Assembly (NCBI RefSeq): GCF_009914755.1
Contig: NC_060941.1
Source of the DNA: the human T2T-CHM13v2.0 reference genome, Homo sapiens
Strand: one strand, 5' to 3'
Length of the DNA stretch: 64,000 nt
Shown here in pieces: positions 16,070 through 29,573 of the stretch (position 1 is its first letter; each line of letters begins with the position of its first letter). The notes under the pieces are model-generated. The model was not told where the DNA came from and did no database searches. It was given only the letters and a program-made list of their open reading frames with translations. Made by a program: the position numbers and the translations under genes.

Positions 16070-16612
16070 TCATTGTGTGTAATGTGTTCAAGCGCACCTG
16101 GATCAAGGTGCTCCAGTGATGCTTTTCTCTCTTTCTCTCTCCCTCCCTCCCTCCCTCTCCCTCCTGTCTCTCTATTTGCCTTAATTTCATTCTTGGGAAG
16201 GCTTTTCATATGAGTAGAATACGGCCATATGAACAGAATATGGCTTTCCATGTGAGTAGAATAAGGCTTTCCATATGAGTAGAATACGGCCGCCAGCAAG
16301 TCCCAACTTGCATCATCCTTACAGCTTAGTATCCCAGAGGGAAGCAAAGCCTTTCCTTATATTTCTAGCAAATGTTCCTGGGTTCTGGTTGACCTGTCTT
16401 GGATTGGCTCGTATCTGAACCGGTTTCAGTGGGATGGAGTACTCTGATTAACCAGACCATGGTCACGTGGTTGCCACCAGGGACCTGGAGGAGGGGGAGA
16501 CAATCCATCTGAACCACCTGGACTGAACAGCATTCTTGTGGAAAGAGGCTGATGTGATTTACCAATGTTAGGGCTTCCAGGTAGATGAAAAGCTCACATC
16601 TGTTCCATCTGT
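16070..16612 (-). mobile_element. MLT1-family LTR (MLT1K-like)
   Basis: cagcaagtcccaacttgcatcatccttacagcttag; gattggctc; tactctgattaaccagaccatggtcacgtg. Confidence 0.65.
16200..16291. repeat. ~23-bp minisatellite (4 units) inside the MLT1
   Basis: Units ggcttttcatatgagtagaatac / ggccatatgaacagaatat / ggctttccatgtgagtagaataa / ggctttccatatgagtagaatac. Confidence 0.9.
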
Positions 16613-17550
16613 GCTAGGTGATAGCAGGCCAAGGAAAGGGTAGAACTGACATCAAGCAAAGGCTAGTCAGCAATAAGGTTGGCAAATTGAGACTATTTTC
16701 TAAAATTCTGAGAGTAATGCTAGGGAGAGAGAGAGAGAGAAGATTATAGATAGGAAAGACAGGGAAAAGACTAAAATTAAACCTGTTTCTAAAGAAAATC
16801 TACAATTTCTGAGGTGTCCTAATCAAAGATGCAGACAAATCACCTTCCCTGAGCTTCCCTGGGGTCCAAGTTAAAAGGGTGCTATTCATTACAGAAAAAA
16901 CGTAAGTAAAAAGATCCATGCGTGAAGCACCTTGCCAAATGACCAGCATACACGAGCAAAGAAAAAAATGTAAGTATCTAGATGTTTAAGGTAATTTAAA
17001 AATTATTGTATAGTCAGATGAATAAAATTTAGGTTGGCCTTCGTCTTTGGTCTGGTATCAAGGACCAGAGACAGTGGGGAAGCGCCTGACTTTTCTGAGT
17101 GCTTGTGAGCCAGGAACCTCTTGCCAAGACAAAGTATCTCACGTATAGTGACAACATGAAGTCATTCTTGGATATATACAGTCTTGGAAACTAGCAGATT
17201 TGAAGTTCTAGCCAGCCAAAGATAACTGAAGTTAGAAATGCGAGTGGATGTTTTGCTTATAAGAACTGGCTGCATTCCTTGAGGTGAGAGTCAGATTCCC
17301 CCATCTGGGAGCCTGCAGGAGAAACATCTGCGCAGTAACTCTCCCAGGGTGATCGGCCTCTCCACGGGATGTGGAGGCGTGGCTTTCCTGTCCCAGTGGC
17401 ATCCAGAAGAAGCTTAAAAGGGAGGGATTTCAAAATGCATTACCCTTCTTTATTGGCTTGACTCTGTAACTGAACATAAGACATTCCTTTGGAAAAGCTT
17501 CTTCTTCAGAGAAGTACAGGCCAAAAGAGACAACAAACAGCATTTCTCAC

Positions 17551-17657
17551 CTGCTTCCTCTCAGTGGGAACGTTTGCTAAATGCTTAATGTAAGTTCTCA
17601 CAGGTAAATTTCACCACTGAATTCTGAAGTCCAATTAAATAGGATTTACAGCTATGT
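17551..17657 (-). other. Candidate non-coding exon (107 nt)
   Basis: Minus-strand acceptor ctttgcatttttttctctag| and donor aagcag|gtgaga; no ATG. Motif evidence only. Confidence 0.25.
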
Positions 17658-18399
17658 CTAGAGAAAAAAATGCAAAGCCTGCTTTGTTTTTGAGAGGTAT
17701 GTCTGTGGGTGATTTCTCCCTCCCTTCAGTTTTCTATTCTTATTTTTAATGACTTTTTGAATGAAAAAAATAAAAACAATGCACAGCTAAAATAGACGAG
17801 ATGGCATGCATTAAACCAAATGCATGGTTTGGAGCACCCCATGCATGCACTCACAATGAAACTCCACACTCCCTTTGCTCTCTCTCTCACATACGAGCTT
17901 TCCCTATTTCTTCTCTTCTTGTCTATCTTTTTCTCTGATCCACAGCTCACATGGACAGGGCTCTCTCAAACACACACACACACACACAGCCCCCTTGGTC
18001 ACTTCCTCCTTTGCATCTCCCTCTCTTTCCAGCTGCTTCTTTCATACACAAACCTCTAGTCTTGCTGTCACCTCTGGGTCTCCTCCCTCTGACCCTCCCA
18101 GCTCTGCACACAAACAGGAGCCTTCAGTGGCTGCTCTCCTCACTCTGTGGCTCTGTGTACCTTCCATTCACAGATGCTCACACTGCCGGTGGAGCGGAAT
18201 CACTTCCTCTCTTCTCTGTATCCTTCAGTTCTCATCCATCTTACTCTGTCTCCCTCCCTCCCTCCCCCTCGGCCTCCCCCTCTCTCTCTAAAGCACACAC
18301 ACTCTCCTTGATTAGTTGTGCACACTTATAACCACAGGAGTTATGGATTCAATTATCCAAGCACCACCATCCTCCCCCACCTCTCTTGAAAAGTGAAGA

Positions 18400-18560
18400 C
18401 AAGTGAGCGTCCTAATTAAAATGTTACCCGTCTCATTGGCGCAAAGAGACAGAAGCGCCAGCGTTGGGGAAAAAAAAAAATGGAAAGACAATAATGTGTT
18501 TACCTTCCTCAGCTGGGTGAGTCATCCGTGGGCTTTTTCTGGTTTTATAGCAGCTCTCTG
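18400..18560. promoter_or_regulatory. Candidate enhancer or minus-strand TATA promoter
   Basis: TATAAAA on minus (18549-18543), AP-1 TGAGTCA (18518-18524), FOX TGTTTAC (18497-18503), E-box CAGCTG, TAATTA, in repeat-poor sequence. Confidence 0.35.
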
Positions 18561-19468
18561 CTACCCTGCGTACCATAGACTGGGGACAACTTGCTTTCTG
18601 TCCGTCCTTATGGGTAAAATTATGAATTCTTCATCTGGACACTTAAGAATAAACATGCACTGTAATCAGAGTTGGCCTGAATCCATGGGCTCCCAAAACT
18701 TTTGAAAACGCTCCTTTGTTCTTTGTCAGTCGTAAAATAAACACACCGCTGATGTGTCCCACATCCCATGATACGGGAAGGACGTGGGCCATATTTGATG
18801 AAAGGGAGAGAACCGTGAGCCTGTCTCCCTTTCGCAGGCTCAGGTTTGCTTTCTGTCTCCTTTTGTGCAGACTAGGCTCCATGGAAATTCAGCTGGGAGC
18901 CACCTCCTGCAGGTTTCCAGGCCTTTAAATTCAAGTGGATAGATTATGCCCATGCCGGGGTTGGGGAGCATCTAGATGATCAGATCTGTTGTGAACCCAC
19001 TCTCATTGCTTTAGGAAACAATTCCAATGAATTAGTGGGGGGTTTTGACAGAGCAACCCGTCATGTGATATTCCACTGGAAGCCTGCCGAACCCCTGGCT
19101 CCAAAGCTTGCAGGGATGTTTGGTGTCATTGTCTCTCGGGTGGTGGTAGAAGTCAAACTGCCAGTGCGGCATCTAGAGAAGTCTGTGTCCAGATGAGATG
19201 GTGATCCAGGAGCCTGCAGAGCAGCGGGGGCCTCCCTGTGCGGTGGCTGCCAGGGGGTGACCTGCCTTTTGGTGTGCATGCCACATCTTTATCACTGTGA
19301 CAAGAACACAGCAGCAATGACTTCCTCATGGTGTGGCTTGAGGAGCTGGGACTGATCGTGCATTATAAGGAATATTTAGGCCCCACTCTGTAATGTTCAG
19401 AGTGGCACAGAGGTGGGTTTCTCTGGTCCATGTGGAGAGGGAACCTGCCAGAGCCAGCGGGTTGAGAG

Positions 19469-20600
<1,132 letters not shown>

Positions 20601-21031
20601 GCTTTCTGAGAGTGCTTGAGAAACAAGCCCCTGGACCTGAAAATCACTGTCTGCATTCGACTCACAGGTGGCCATCTCTCATGAACTTGGGCATGCAGGG
20701 AGCAGGGCCCCTAACAGGATACTGGTGGCTGCAACACAACTTATCTAGCTCTGCCCTCCAGGAGAGCGCTAGACATGCATGTCCAGGTTTTAGGTTTGAT
20801 GCCAAAGCCAGGCTGGAGTCCTGGCCACAATGGCCTCTCCCTGAAGATGTGGGATGCCTATCGGGGGGAGGGAGACTGCCACATGATGCCAACATCACCT
20901 GTGACAAGACACTAGCATGCTCCCCTGGAAGCCCTGCCTTCGGATCAGAAAGCATCATTTCAGCCCCTGGTGCTCTGAGAAGGTGTGGATGGAATACTGG
21001 CCTTGGCACAGCTGCCTGTAGGATCTTTAAA

Positions 21032-21245
21032 CTGTGGACACCTGGAATTCAGCCCCACGGAAGACCCTCTGCAGTATCATGTAGCTTGTCCCACTGGAGG
21101 GTGTGTTATAGGGCCACCCATTCCCATCCCCGTGGTGCATGATTTGCCAGGCACTTCTGGCTTGCACCTGCACGAGGCTGGGCAAAACCCAGAGACACTG
21201 AGGCAGAGATACCTGAGACACTTGATGTGGGAGGCTGGCAACTTA
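21032..21245 (+). repeat. Local duplicate A of 23507-23720 (LTR16 internal segment)
   Basis: 214 bp, ungapped, 9 mismatches by hand alignment. Confidence 0.95.
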
Positions 21246-21704
21246 TTCAGTGGCTATTGACAGGTGGCACTTCAACATCTTTTCGTAGGACACGTGGAAG
21301 AATGTGCCCTTTGCTTCTTAGAAACAATGACAGTTTTATAACTCAGGGATACAGAGGTGAATACAGAGCTTTCTCCTGTCACAAAGATACTCGCAACCCA
21401 TAGCCTTGGCGGTTGCACAGATCTGCCCAGCTCTCTGCTGGAAGACTTATCCCATATCGCAGGCCTCTATTTAGATGCTCGCTGCTTCCTTTGGGTTCTA
21501 TTCCAGAGCCTTGCAAGTGCCAGCCATATTGGGTCACTGACAAATGAATATGGGTGAATGAGCAGAGGAGCTTGAGTCAATGCGTGAACATGCTCCTTCT
21601 CCAGGCTTACACGTGAGGACATGACCCTGAGCAGGGAAGCCGTGCTGCTATAGGTGATCTCAAGGCCCAAGGCCTCCAAAGGCAGGAAGAGAGGAATGAA
21701 TTTC

Positions 21705-21776
21705 TGATTGGACAGAAACTGAGGCACCAGCACAGCCTTTCCCTGGCCACCCCTGAGAATCATTGTTCAATTAAAG
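21705..21776 (+). repeat. Local duplicate B of 22885-22956
   Basis: 72 bp, ungapped, 6 mismatches by hand alignment. Confidence 0.93.
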
Positions 21777-21949
21777 TTCCTCTTGAGTAGTGCAGAATCC
21801 ATGGATCTCTTTTTCCTTGGCTCCTCAAGCCCCATGAAAAGGGCTCTTGTGGCAAAAACCTAGTGTTTGAATGAACTTCCCTCCCAAGGAAACTGGAATC
21901 TTTTCCCACGAATTATCAGGAGCCCGAGGTTCCAGCGAACATAGAGGAA

Positions 21950-22139
21950 AGAAAGGCAGACTTGAGTTCCTTCTCTGGTGCCACTACTCATTGGCCGGGT
22001 GACCTTGGGCATACCATGGAACCTGTCTGAGCCTCATTTTCCTCATTTGTAGAATGGTGGTTGCAATAAAGTTTATTTCATAACACGCTTAGTGGTTCAA
22101 ATGACATATGCGAGTTATGCCTTACAAAACCACAAAGTG
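21950..22139 (+). mobile_element. MIR (continues after the Alu)
   Basis: gtgaccttgggcataccatggaacctgtctgagcctcattttcctcatttgtagaatg. Confidence 0.75.
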
Positions 22140-22461
<322 letters not shown>

Positions 22462-23343
22462 TCAAAGTGCTATGAAATGTTAGCTAAGTCCATAAGTTTG
22501 TTTATTTTATGGCTCTGATCTTTATAGACACTTTTGTCAGAATAGTCTTAATGTGGGTATGGGGTAAAGGAGGGGTGCTGGGAGCTTAAAGGGGAACGTG
22601 GTAAGCTATTATGGGGGCAGAGAGAGAAGAGAGGGTGGGCATGCAGAGGTTTAGATGCTTATGGAATCAACATGGCCCATGATGGACCCTTCCCCAGAGA
22701 CCCCAATATTGGGCTCATGGGGCACCTCCTGCTGCAGCTCCTCACCTGCCACCCCTGGCTGTCCACACTCACTCTGACCCTGTGACAAAGCTTCTCAACG
22801 TCACACGCCTGGGGCTTGCGAAGGCAGATGAGGAGGGGGCAGGGAAGAAGTCATAGTGCTCCCTTCTCTCCTCCCCTCTAACAGTGATTGGACAGAAACT
22901 GAGCCACCAGCAAAGCCTTTCCCTGGCCACCTCTGAGAAACATCGTGCAATTAAAGGCCTGACAGTTGCCATCTGTCCTGTCCTTCTCCAGTCGCCCAGG
23001 GCGCAGGGATTTGGAGCCGGCACATTGTGATACTCTACAGTGCTCTGTCACCTCTGATTTCTTCCAGAAAGTCATTAAGCAGACCTGTGTGGGAGCTGCC
23101 CCAGCGTCCGAAAACTCCCTCCAGGGCAGGCAGCACAGAAGTGGTGAGAACACACTAGGATTCCTCAAGTTCAAGGAAGTTGGCATCTGTGTGAGATGAG
23201 ATGAGGAGAGTGCAAAGTCAGACAAGGAGGAGTGGGATGTAGACCCAAATGGACTCATTTCCTCTTTCTTCTTTGGCCCCTTTGATCTAAGATGGAGCCC
23301 TACATCTTCCTTAGGACCCCAGAACCACAGGCAGTGTAGAATG

Positions 23344-23770
23344 TGCCTTATTTTAGGTTTTCCCAACAGCAGAGTCTGAGACAAGAATTTGGCTGCAGGT
23401 AGTTTATATGGGAGAGGATCCAGGGGGCAGAAGTGAGAGAGTGGGCAAAACGCAAATGGTTGGGAGGAAAAGCCAGTCGTGCGATACATGAATGAGCTGA
23501 TTATCGCTGTGGGCATCTGGAATTCAGCCCCACAGAAGACCCTCTGCAGTACCATGTAGCATGTCCCACTGGAGGGTGTGTTATAGGGCCACCCATTCCC
23601 ATCCCCCTGGTGCATGATTTGCCATGCACTTCGGGCTTGCACCTGCACGAGGCTGGGCAAAACTCAGAGACACTGAGGCAGAGATACCTGAGACACTTGA
23701 TGTGGGAGGCTGGCAACTTACACAGATAGCGGTGCAGGGGATGTGACGTGGATGATTTGGATTAGCTACA
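23344..23770 (-). mobile_element. LTR16-family (ERVL) solo LTR
   Basis: ttttcccaacagcagagtctgagacaagaatttggctgcaggtagtttatatgggag at one end and gctaca at the other match antisense LTR16. Confidence 0.75.
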
Positions 23771-24546
23771 AAGAGGCAGAGTTCTTGGAAAGTGGGGCTT
23801 CTTCATGTAAGCACAAAAAGGCAGGGACTCCTTTTTCCTGTCTGACAGACTTGTCTTTTTCTTTGAGAATCAGCTTATAGGTTACCTGCTCCAAGATGGC
23901 TTTGCTTGGCCAGGTGCACTAAGATCCTTCTCATGACCTGGCTCTAGGAGAGTCCATGTCACAGTCCCCTCTCACTGTTTGCCTGTCTTCACCATCAGAC
24001 CTGAGTCTCTAGAGGACAAGGAGACATAGCTGCTTCCTTTTTGTTTCCTGAGCACCTAGAAAACCACCCGATGTGTAATAATTATTAGTCAAATGATTAT
24101 TTTTTCATTCCTGCATTTGGCAACGCTACTACAGAAGATGTGTTACTTGTTACCACTGTGGCTGATTGAGCAGGGGCTAGCAAACTCTGACCTTTAGGAA
24201 GTCTTGGAAGAAGAGTGGTAGAGGGCATGTGTATCAATCAGGGGCCATTGCAATAGCCCAAGAAGTGATTGAGGCCTGGAACCAGGGTGTAGGAGGAACA
24301 ATGTAGAAAAACACATTGTCAGGGGAGAATCAGCTGGACTCAGCATCTGATTTGGATGAGGTCTTTAGCAGTGGGTAAAGCACACAGCAACCTCATGTTC
24401 AGCAGCTGCACACAGACTAGATAGGAGTTTGGCATGCATCTGCTTTGAAGATGTTGGGAGCACTCTCCTCTCTCCCCTCTACCCACTTACATAACAATTT
24501 GAGCTTCTAGCCCCAAAGTGATAGTCCAAGGAGCGACTACTAGTGA

Positions 24547-24954
<408 letters not shown>

Positions 24955-25039
24955 TAACAAAAGATTTATCTGTCTTTTCATTGGCCATCCTGTGATTCAC
25001 AGCTCAAGGTGACTTTGAATTTTGCTGTTAATCTTGCTT

Positions 25040-25720
25040 CCTCACAGATTACTACTGAAACTGCAAAGATACATGAAAAAGATGTTGCACTGCTTAAATT
25101 GTTGAAAAGCTGGGAAAAACCTAAATGTACAACAGTGGGGGATTACTGAACTAATTAAATTATGTGCATAAAATTGCAAACATTCTTATATATTTACTGT
25201 ATACATAATGTTTAAAATATGGAAAAACAAGGAGTGGTCTATGTGCCCAGCAACAGAGAGTTCATTGAAAAAAAAAAATCCAAAATGTGTGTAGTACATT
25301 CATATAATGCAGCATACCAGCATGGCACATGTATACATATGTAACAAACCTGCACATTGTGCACATGTACCCTAGAACTTAAAGTATGATTAAAAAAAAA
25401 AAAAAAGAAAACCACGAGGCCACTAAATTGCCCCTGGCCTGTTATATGTGATGTTGTCAACTTGTCTTTGTTGATATGAAGCTCTGTTCATAATATACTA
25501 AATGAAATTAACAAATTAAAAATTAGTATACACACCCTGGTCAAATTGTTTTCATTATAATTATTTAAACATGAGCGAAAGATCTGAAATAGTAATCTCC
25601 AGGCTTTACTGTGGTTATTTCAAAGTGGTAGAATTATGAGGGATTCACTACACCCCCCCCTCCTTTTTGGTCTGTTATTTTTAAATTTTTCTACAAGAAA
25701 CGTGTTTCATTTGCATATAG
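25040..25720 (+). mobile_element. Old L1ME-like 3' fragment
   Basis: aaagctgggaaaaacctaaatgtacaacagtgggggatt; gtggttatttcaaagtggtagaattatgaggg. Confidence 0.55.
25309..25410 (+). mobile_element. L1PA extreme 3' end (~100 bp) with poly-A
   Basis: catggcacatgtatacatatgtaacaaacctgcacattgtgcacatgtaccctagaacttaaagtat followed by an A tail. Confidence 0.92.
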
Positions 25721-26423
25721 AATAACAAGAAATCGTTTTTTGAGGGATAACTGTGGAAATTAGCAGGACTCTAGATGTTTAAACAGTATGATTTAGGAAT
25801 ATTCTGCTCACCTGAAGTAAGACATAAAAGCATAAAAGCTGCCTCGACATGCCACATTTAGAAAGACTGGCAGCAACAGCTCTATTGCTTCCTTCTTCTA
25901 TCTTGCAGCAGAAGTGTGACTACAGGAATTAAGGGTTCATGTGTAAATGAGGTGAAGCCAGAAAATTTCAGCCTGTGGGAGCCCAGGGGAGGATTCCCTT
26001 TTGATATTTGGTAGCCGTGAAGAAAGAGCAGCTCTGATCTGGTAGTGTGGACCTGCGACCCAGACTCCAAGGCTTCTGAGGGTGAAGGAAGTAGAGAAAG
26101 ACTCTCGAATAGAAGCTCAGCTAGAAGGAAGACCAAGACTTGCTAGAAAAGAACCAGGTATTCAAGAATTGGTACTAAAGGAGGACCCTAGATGACCCAG
26201 CAGAGAAAGAAAGGAACCACTTGTTAAAAGCTAATTACCATTGTGATTTTGCCAAGCTGCTTAAGCAATGAAACTGGCTACCTGTTTTTTGCCTTCCTGT
26301 ATGTTATTCCCCCTACCATTTCAAAAGTTGAGAGCACATGAATTCTCAGTGATCCTATAAATATAACCATGTAAGCTTGAGCACCAATGAACTGAATATG
26401 GGTGCTCTGGGGAATTTGAGAAA

Positions 26424-26896
26424 TGTATTAGTTATCTGTCACTATGTAACAGACTATCCCCCAAATTAATGAATTAAGACAACCACACTTTATTATTTCT
26501 TGCAATTCTGAGGGTGGCCTAGATGATTCTTCTGCAGGTCTTGCCTGAGCTCATGCCTGTGGTTGCATTTAGCTGTGGGGACAGCTGGGGCTGGGCTCAT
26601 CTGGACCCTGGAAGGCAGGGCTTCTCTCCCATGGTCCTCATCATGCAGCAGGCTAGGCTAAGCTTCCTAAGTGTTCCAAGAGGTTTAAAGCAGAAGCTTC
26701 CAGGCCCAGGAATGCCTGGTCCCAGACTTGCTACAGCATTGCTTCTGCTCCATTCTGTTGGCCCAAGCAAGTCACAAGACTACCCTGAATTTAATGGGAG
26801 AGAAACCAGACTTCACCTCTTGATGGAGTGGCCATGTGCTTGTACAGAGGGATGGGAGGGATTACTGGCAATCATCTTTGCAGACAGTCTGGCCCA
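26424..26896 (-). mobile_element. MLT1-family LTR (MLT1H/F-like)
   Basis: tgtattagttatctgtcactatgtaacag...; cattctgttggcccaagcaagtcacaag; gacttcacctcttgatggg-like segment. Confidence 0.75.
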
Positions 26897-27542
26897 GGAA
26901 GGATCCAGCTATATTCACAGCTCAGAGTCTGCTGCATCACCTCCACTCCAAAGAGATGACTCCCCAATTACAGGAAGGCTACCTAACAAGGCTGGGATCA
27001 CAGACAGTTTCTTGAAGCACTGAACTAGAATAGTGGACACTGCAGTGACACATGGAAGGAGAAACCTAGTGACCGTATGTTCCAAGCAGTTCCCAGAGGT
27101 ACAAGAAAGGAAGACAAGAAAGGATACAGATTGGATCTGGGAGGGAGAAAGCTACAAAGGCTGGGGCCTGTGGAGCCCTGCTGGTTAGCTGCAGGTCTGG
27201 AGGTGACCCTCAGCCAAGCAGGAAGCAGCCCCAAGACTCCTTTCCTGTTTCTCATGTGGATAATAATTGACGAATGTTGGCACCAATCCTGCCCCACCTT
27301 CTGAAGAAAAGTTCTGTTGGTCAATCTCTGGCTGAGATGCACCCACTCTCATATTGGTTACAGGGATGGGAGCATCTTCTGGGGGACCCAGGATTGAGTT
27401 TGTCTCACGACTCACAGTTCCACCATTCTACAGTGTTAATGCAACAGCAACAATAAAAATGACAAGGATCATGGCAGCAGTTACGGGCCTTGTACTCACT
27501 GATTATCCTCTAAACAACCCTGTAAAATAGGAATCCCATTCT

Positions 27543-27860
27543 TTCTCTCTCTCTCTTTTTTTTTTTTTTTTTTTTTTTTGAGACAGAATCCTGCTCTGTT
27601 GTCCAGGATGGAGTGCAGTGGCATGATACTGGCTCACTGCAACCTCTGCCTCCCAGATTCAAGTGATTCTCTTGCCTCAGCCTCCTGAGTTGGTGGGATT
27701 ACTGGTGTGCACTACCATGCCTGGCTAATTTTTGTATTTTTATTAGACACGGGGTTTCGCCATGTTGGCCAGGCTGGTCTTGAACTCCTGGCCTCAAGTG
27801 ATCTCCCGCCTCAGCCTCCCAAAGTGCCGGGATTACAGGTGTGAGCCACCGCGCCTGCCC
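27543..27860 (-). mobile_element. Alu (AluSz/Sx-like) inserted in a MIR
   Basis: Full antisense dimer; TSD aggaatcccattct. Confidence 0.95.
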
Positions 27861-29573
27861 AGGAATCCCATTCTCTAAGTGAGAGAAGAGAGGCTCAGAG
27901 GAGCTCATTGATCTGCCCAAGGTGGAGCTGGAGCTGCAATTTTAATGCCAACAGCCTGGCTGCAGGGTGCTCTTGCCCACCACCCTGCCAACACCAAGCT
28001 CATTTTTCTCCTTGATGTTATGATATCAGTGCTGTTGCCCATAGACTGCACTTTGATGTCATTTATAACAGATTATCAGGAGGAAGACTGTATATTTAGC
28101 TACTGATTAATTTTACACAGTTTCCTTCCAACATGGAGTTTTCCTCTGAACAGTGGGAGAAGAGGTGTCTGGGGCCAGCCCAGAGATGACAGCCCTCTGC
28201 AGCCCACCCTCTCTGCACCTCCCCATCCTCCCAGAGGCCAATGTGCATGGCCAGTCTATCTTGTCTCTCTGGCAAACTTTCCTCTGGCCTCTTGAATGAC
28301 TTCTCTGCCAGTATCTCTGCTGAAATGGAGCGGGGTGATGGGGGAGAAGCCTCCGCCCACTTTGCTCTTTCCTTGCAGATCCCAGATCCCCCAGAGGACC
28401 CAGAGAGGTGAAGGTGTCTAACATAAAAGTGAGATCCATGGAGCTGCAGCCTAAAACCACATAAATATTAAATCACCCAAGAGCCAAAGCCCTCTGGGAG
28501 GGGCAGTCTGTGAGCAGGGAGAAGGAAGAAACATCCATTACCTAGCAGCAGACAACCTGAGGGGAGGTGGCAGGCAGAGGGAGGCAGGAGAGAGGGCGTG
28601 TTGGAGGCTGGGGCTGCAGCCAGACCAGGCCCAAGCTGGGACGGTGGAGATATGGAGAGAAGGCACAGGGACTCTTCCCATCAGTCTAGGGGAGCCAGAC
28701 CCTGCAAAGGGTCTTCGTGAGCTCCCAAAGGGGTGAAAAAACACATCTTATGATAAAAGGATAGTAAGAGGATAAAGATGTTCCCAAATGCACTGATAAA
28801 GTTTTTAAACCTCATTTCCCATTAGCAGAGCAGTAACAACCTTCTAGCAGTGGGTACAGTTGTAGGATTGTCCCAAAATAAACAACCAACCCCTCCTTTT
28901 GCATAGCAAGAGATATATTCACTGCACAAATATTTCTAGAAGGGTGATTCTGTGCAGAAGTGGGCATTTCTGTCCATGAACACCACAGGCAAGGTCCTCA
29001 TACTAAGAAGTTCAACTTGTCAGAAGTAGGGGCAGAGACAGTCCTGTTGTGATGTTGGTTCTGAGATATCCTTACCCACTTCCTGTGGATTTTTCAAGCT
29101 GTGTGAATTGCACATTTCTCCAGATACAGAATCAGGGACAGTTTGGACTGGGAGGGGACCTTGGGACTTCTTGTTCAAGCCTCTCATTTCACAGATGAGG
29201 AGGTTAACATACCCACACCCACCAGTGCATGCGGCAGAAAGTGGAAACACAGGGACTGACTTGGGGTGGTGGCTTGTGAAAGAGCCTGAAGATACACACA
29301 GCTGGAACTCCTAATTCTCATTCCAGTTCCTTCTTTCCCCCTATAAGTTATATGTGATTTTAGCTCTGAGACAAATTAATAATTTATTTAGGATAGTAAC
29401 TGAAAATTGTGCATTATTTCAGTGTTAGCCTCTGGAGGAAGGAGAGAAGAGCTGCCAACTCAACCCAGGGTAAGCTTCTCAGTTAATTTCCCTGGTCCTC
29501 TTTTAGAGGAGAGAAACTGATGTCATCGGTTTAATTCCAGGGCACTTTATTAGCCCATGTTCACAAGGATCAG

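Noticed and set aside
16200-16291. CRISPR-like array
   Set aside because: Adjacent tandem units with no unique spacers, in eukaryotic LTR context.
18905-18940. Resemblance of ctttaaattcaagtgg to the reconstructed empty site of duplicate A (ctttaaa|ttcagtgg)
   Set aside because: Too short, and not collinear with any other match.
22878-23660. Longest ORF (260 aa, minus), sharing peptides with ORFs 21027-21221 and 21467-21763
   Set aside because: Non-ATG start, runs through an LTR16, no recognisable domain. The shared peptides simply reflect the A and B DNA duplications.
25860-26420. Possible ancient Gypsy-like LTR or plus-strand exon (ttctatcttgcag|)
   Set aside because: Similarity too weak to call by eye; needs a Dfam search.
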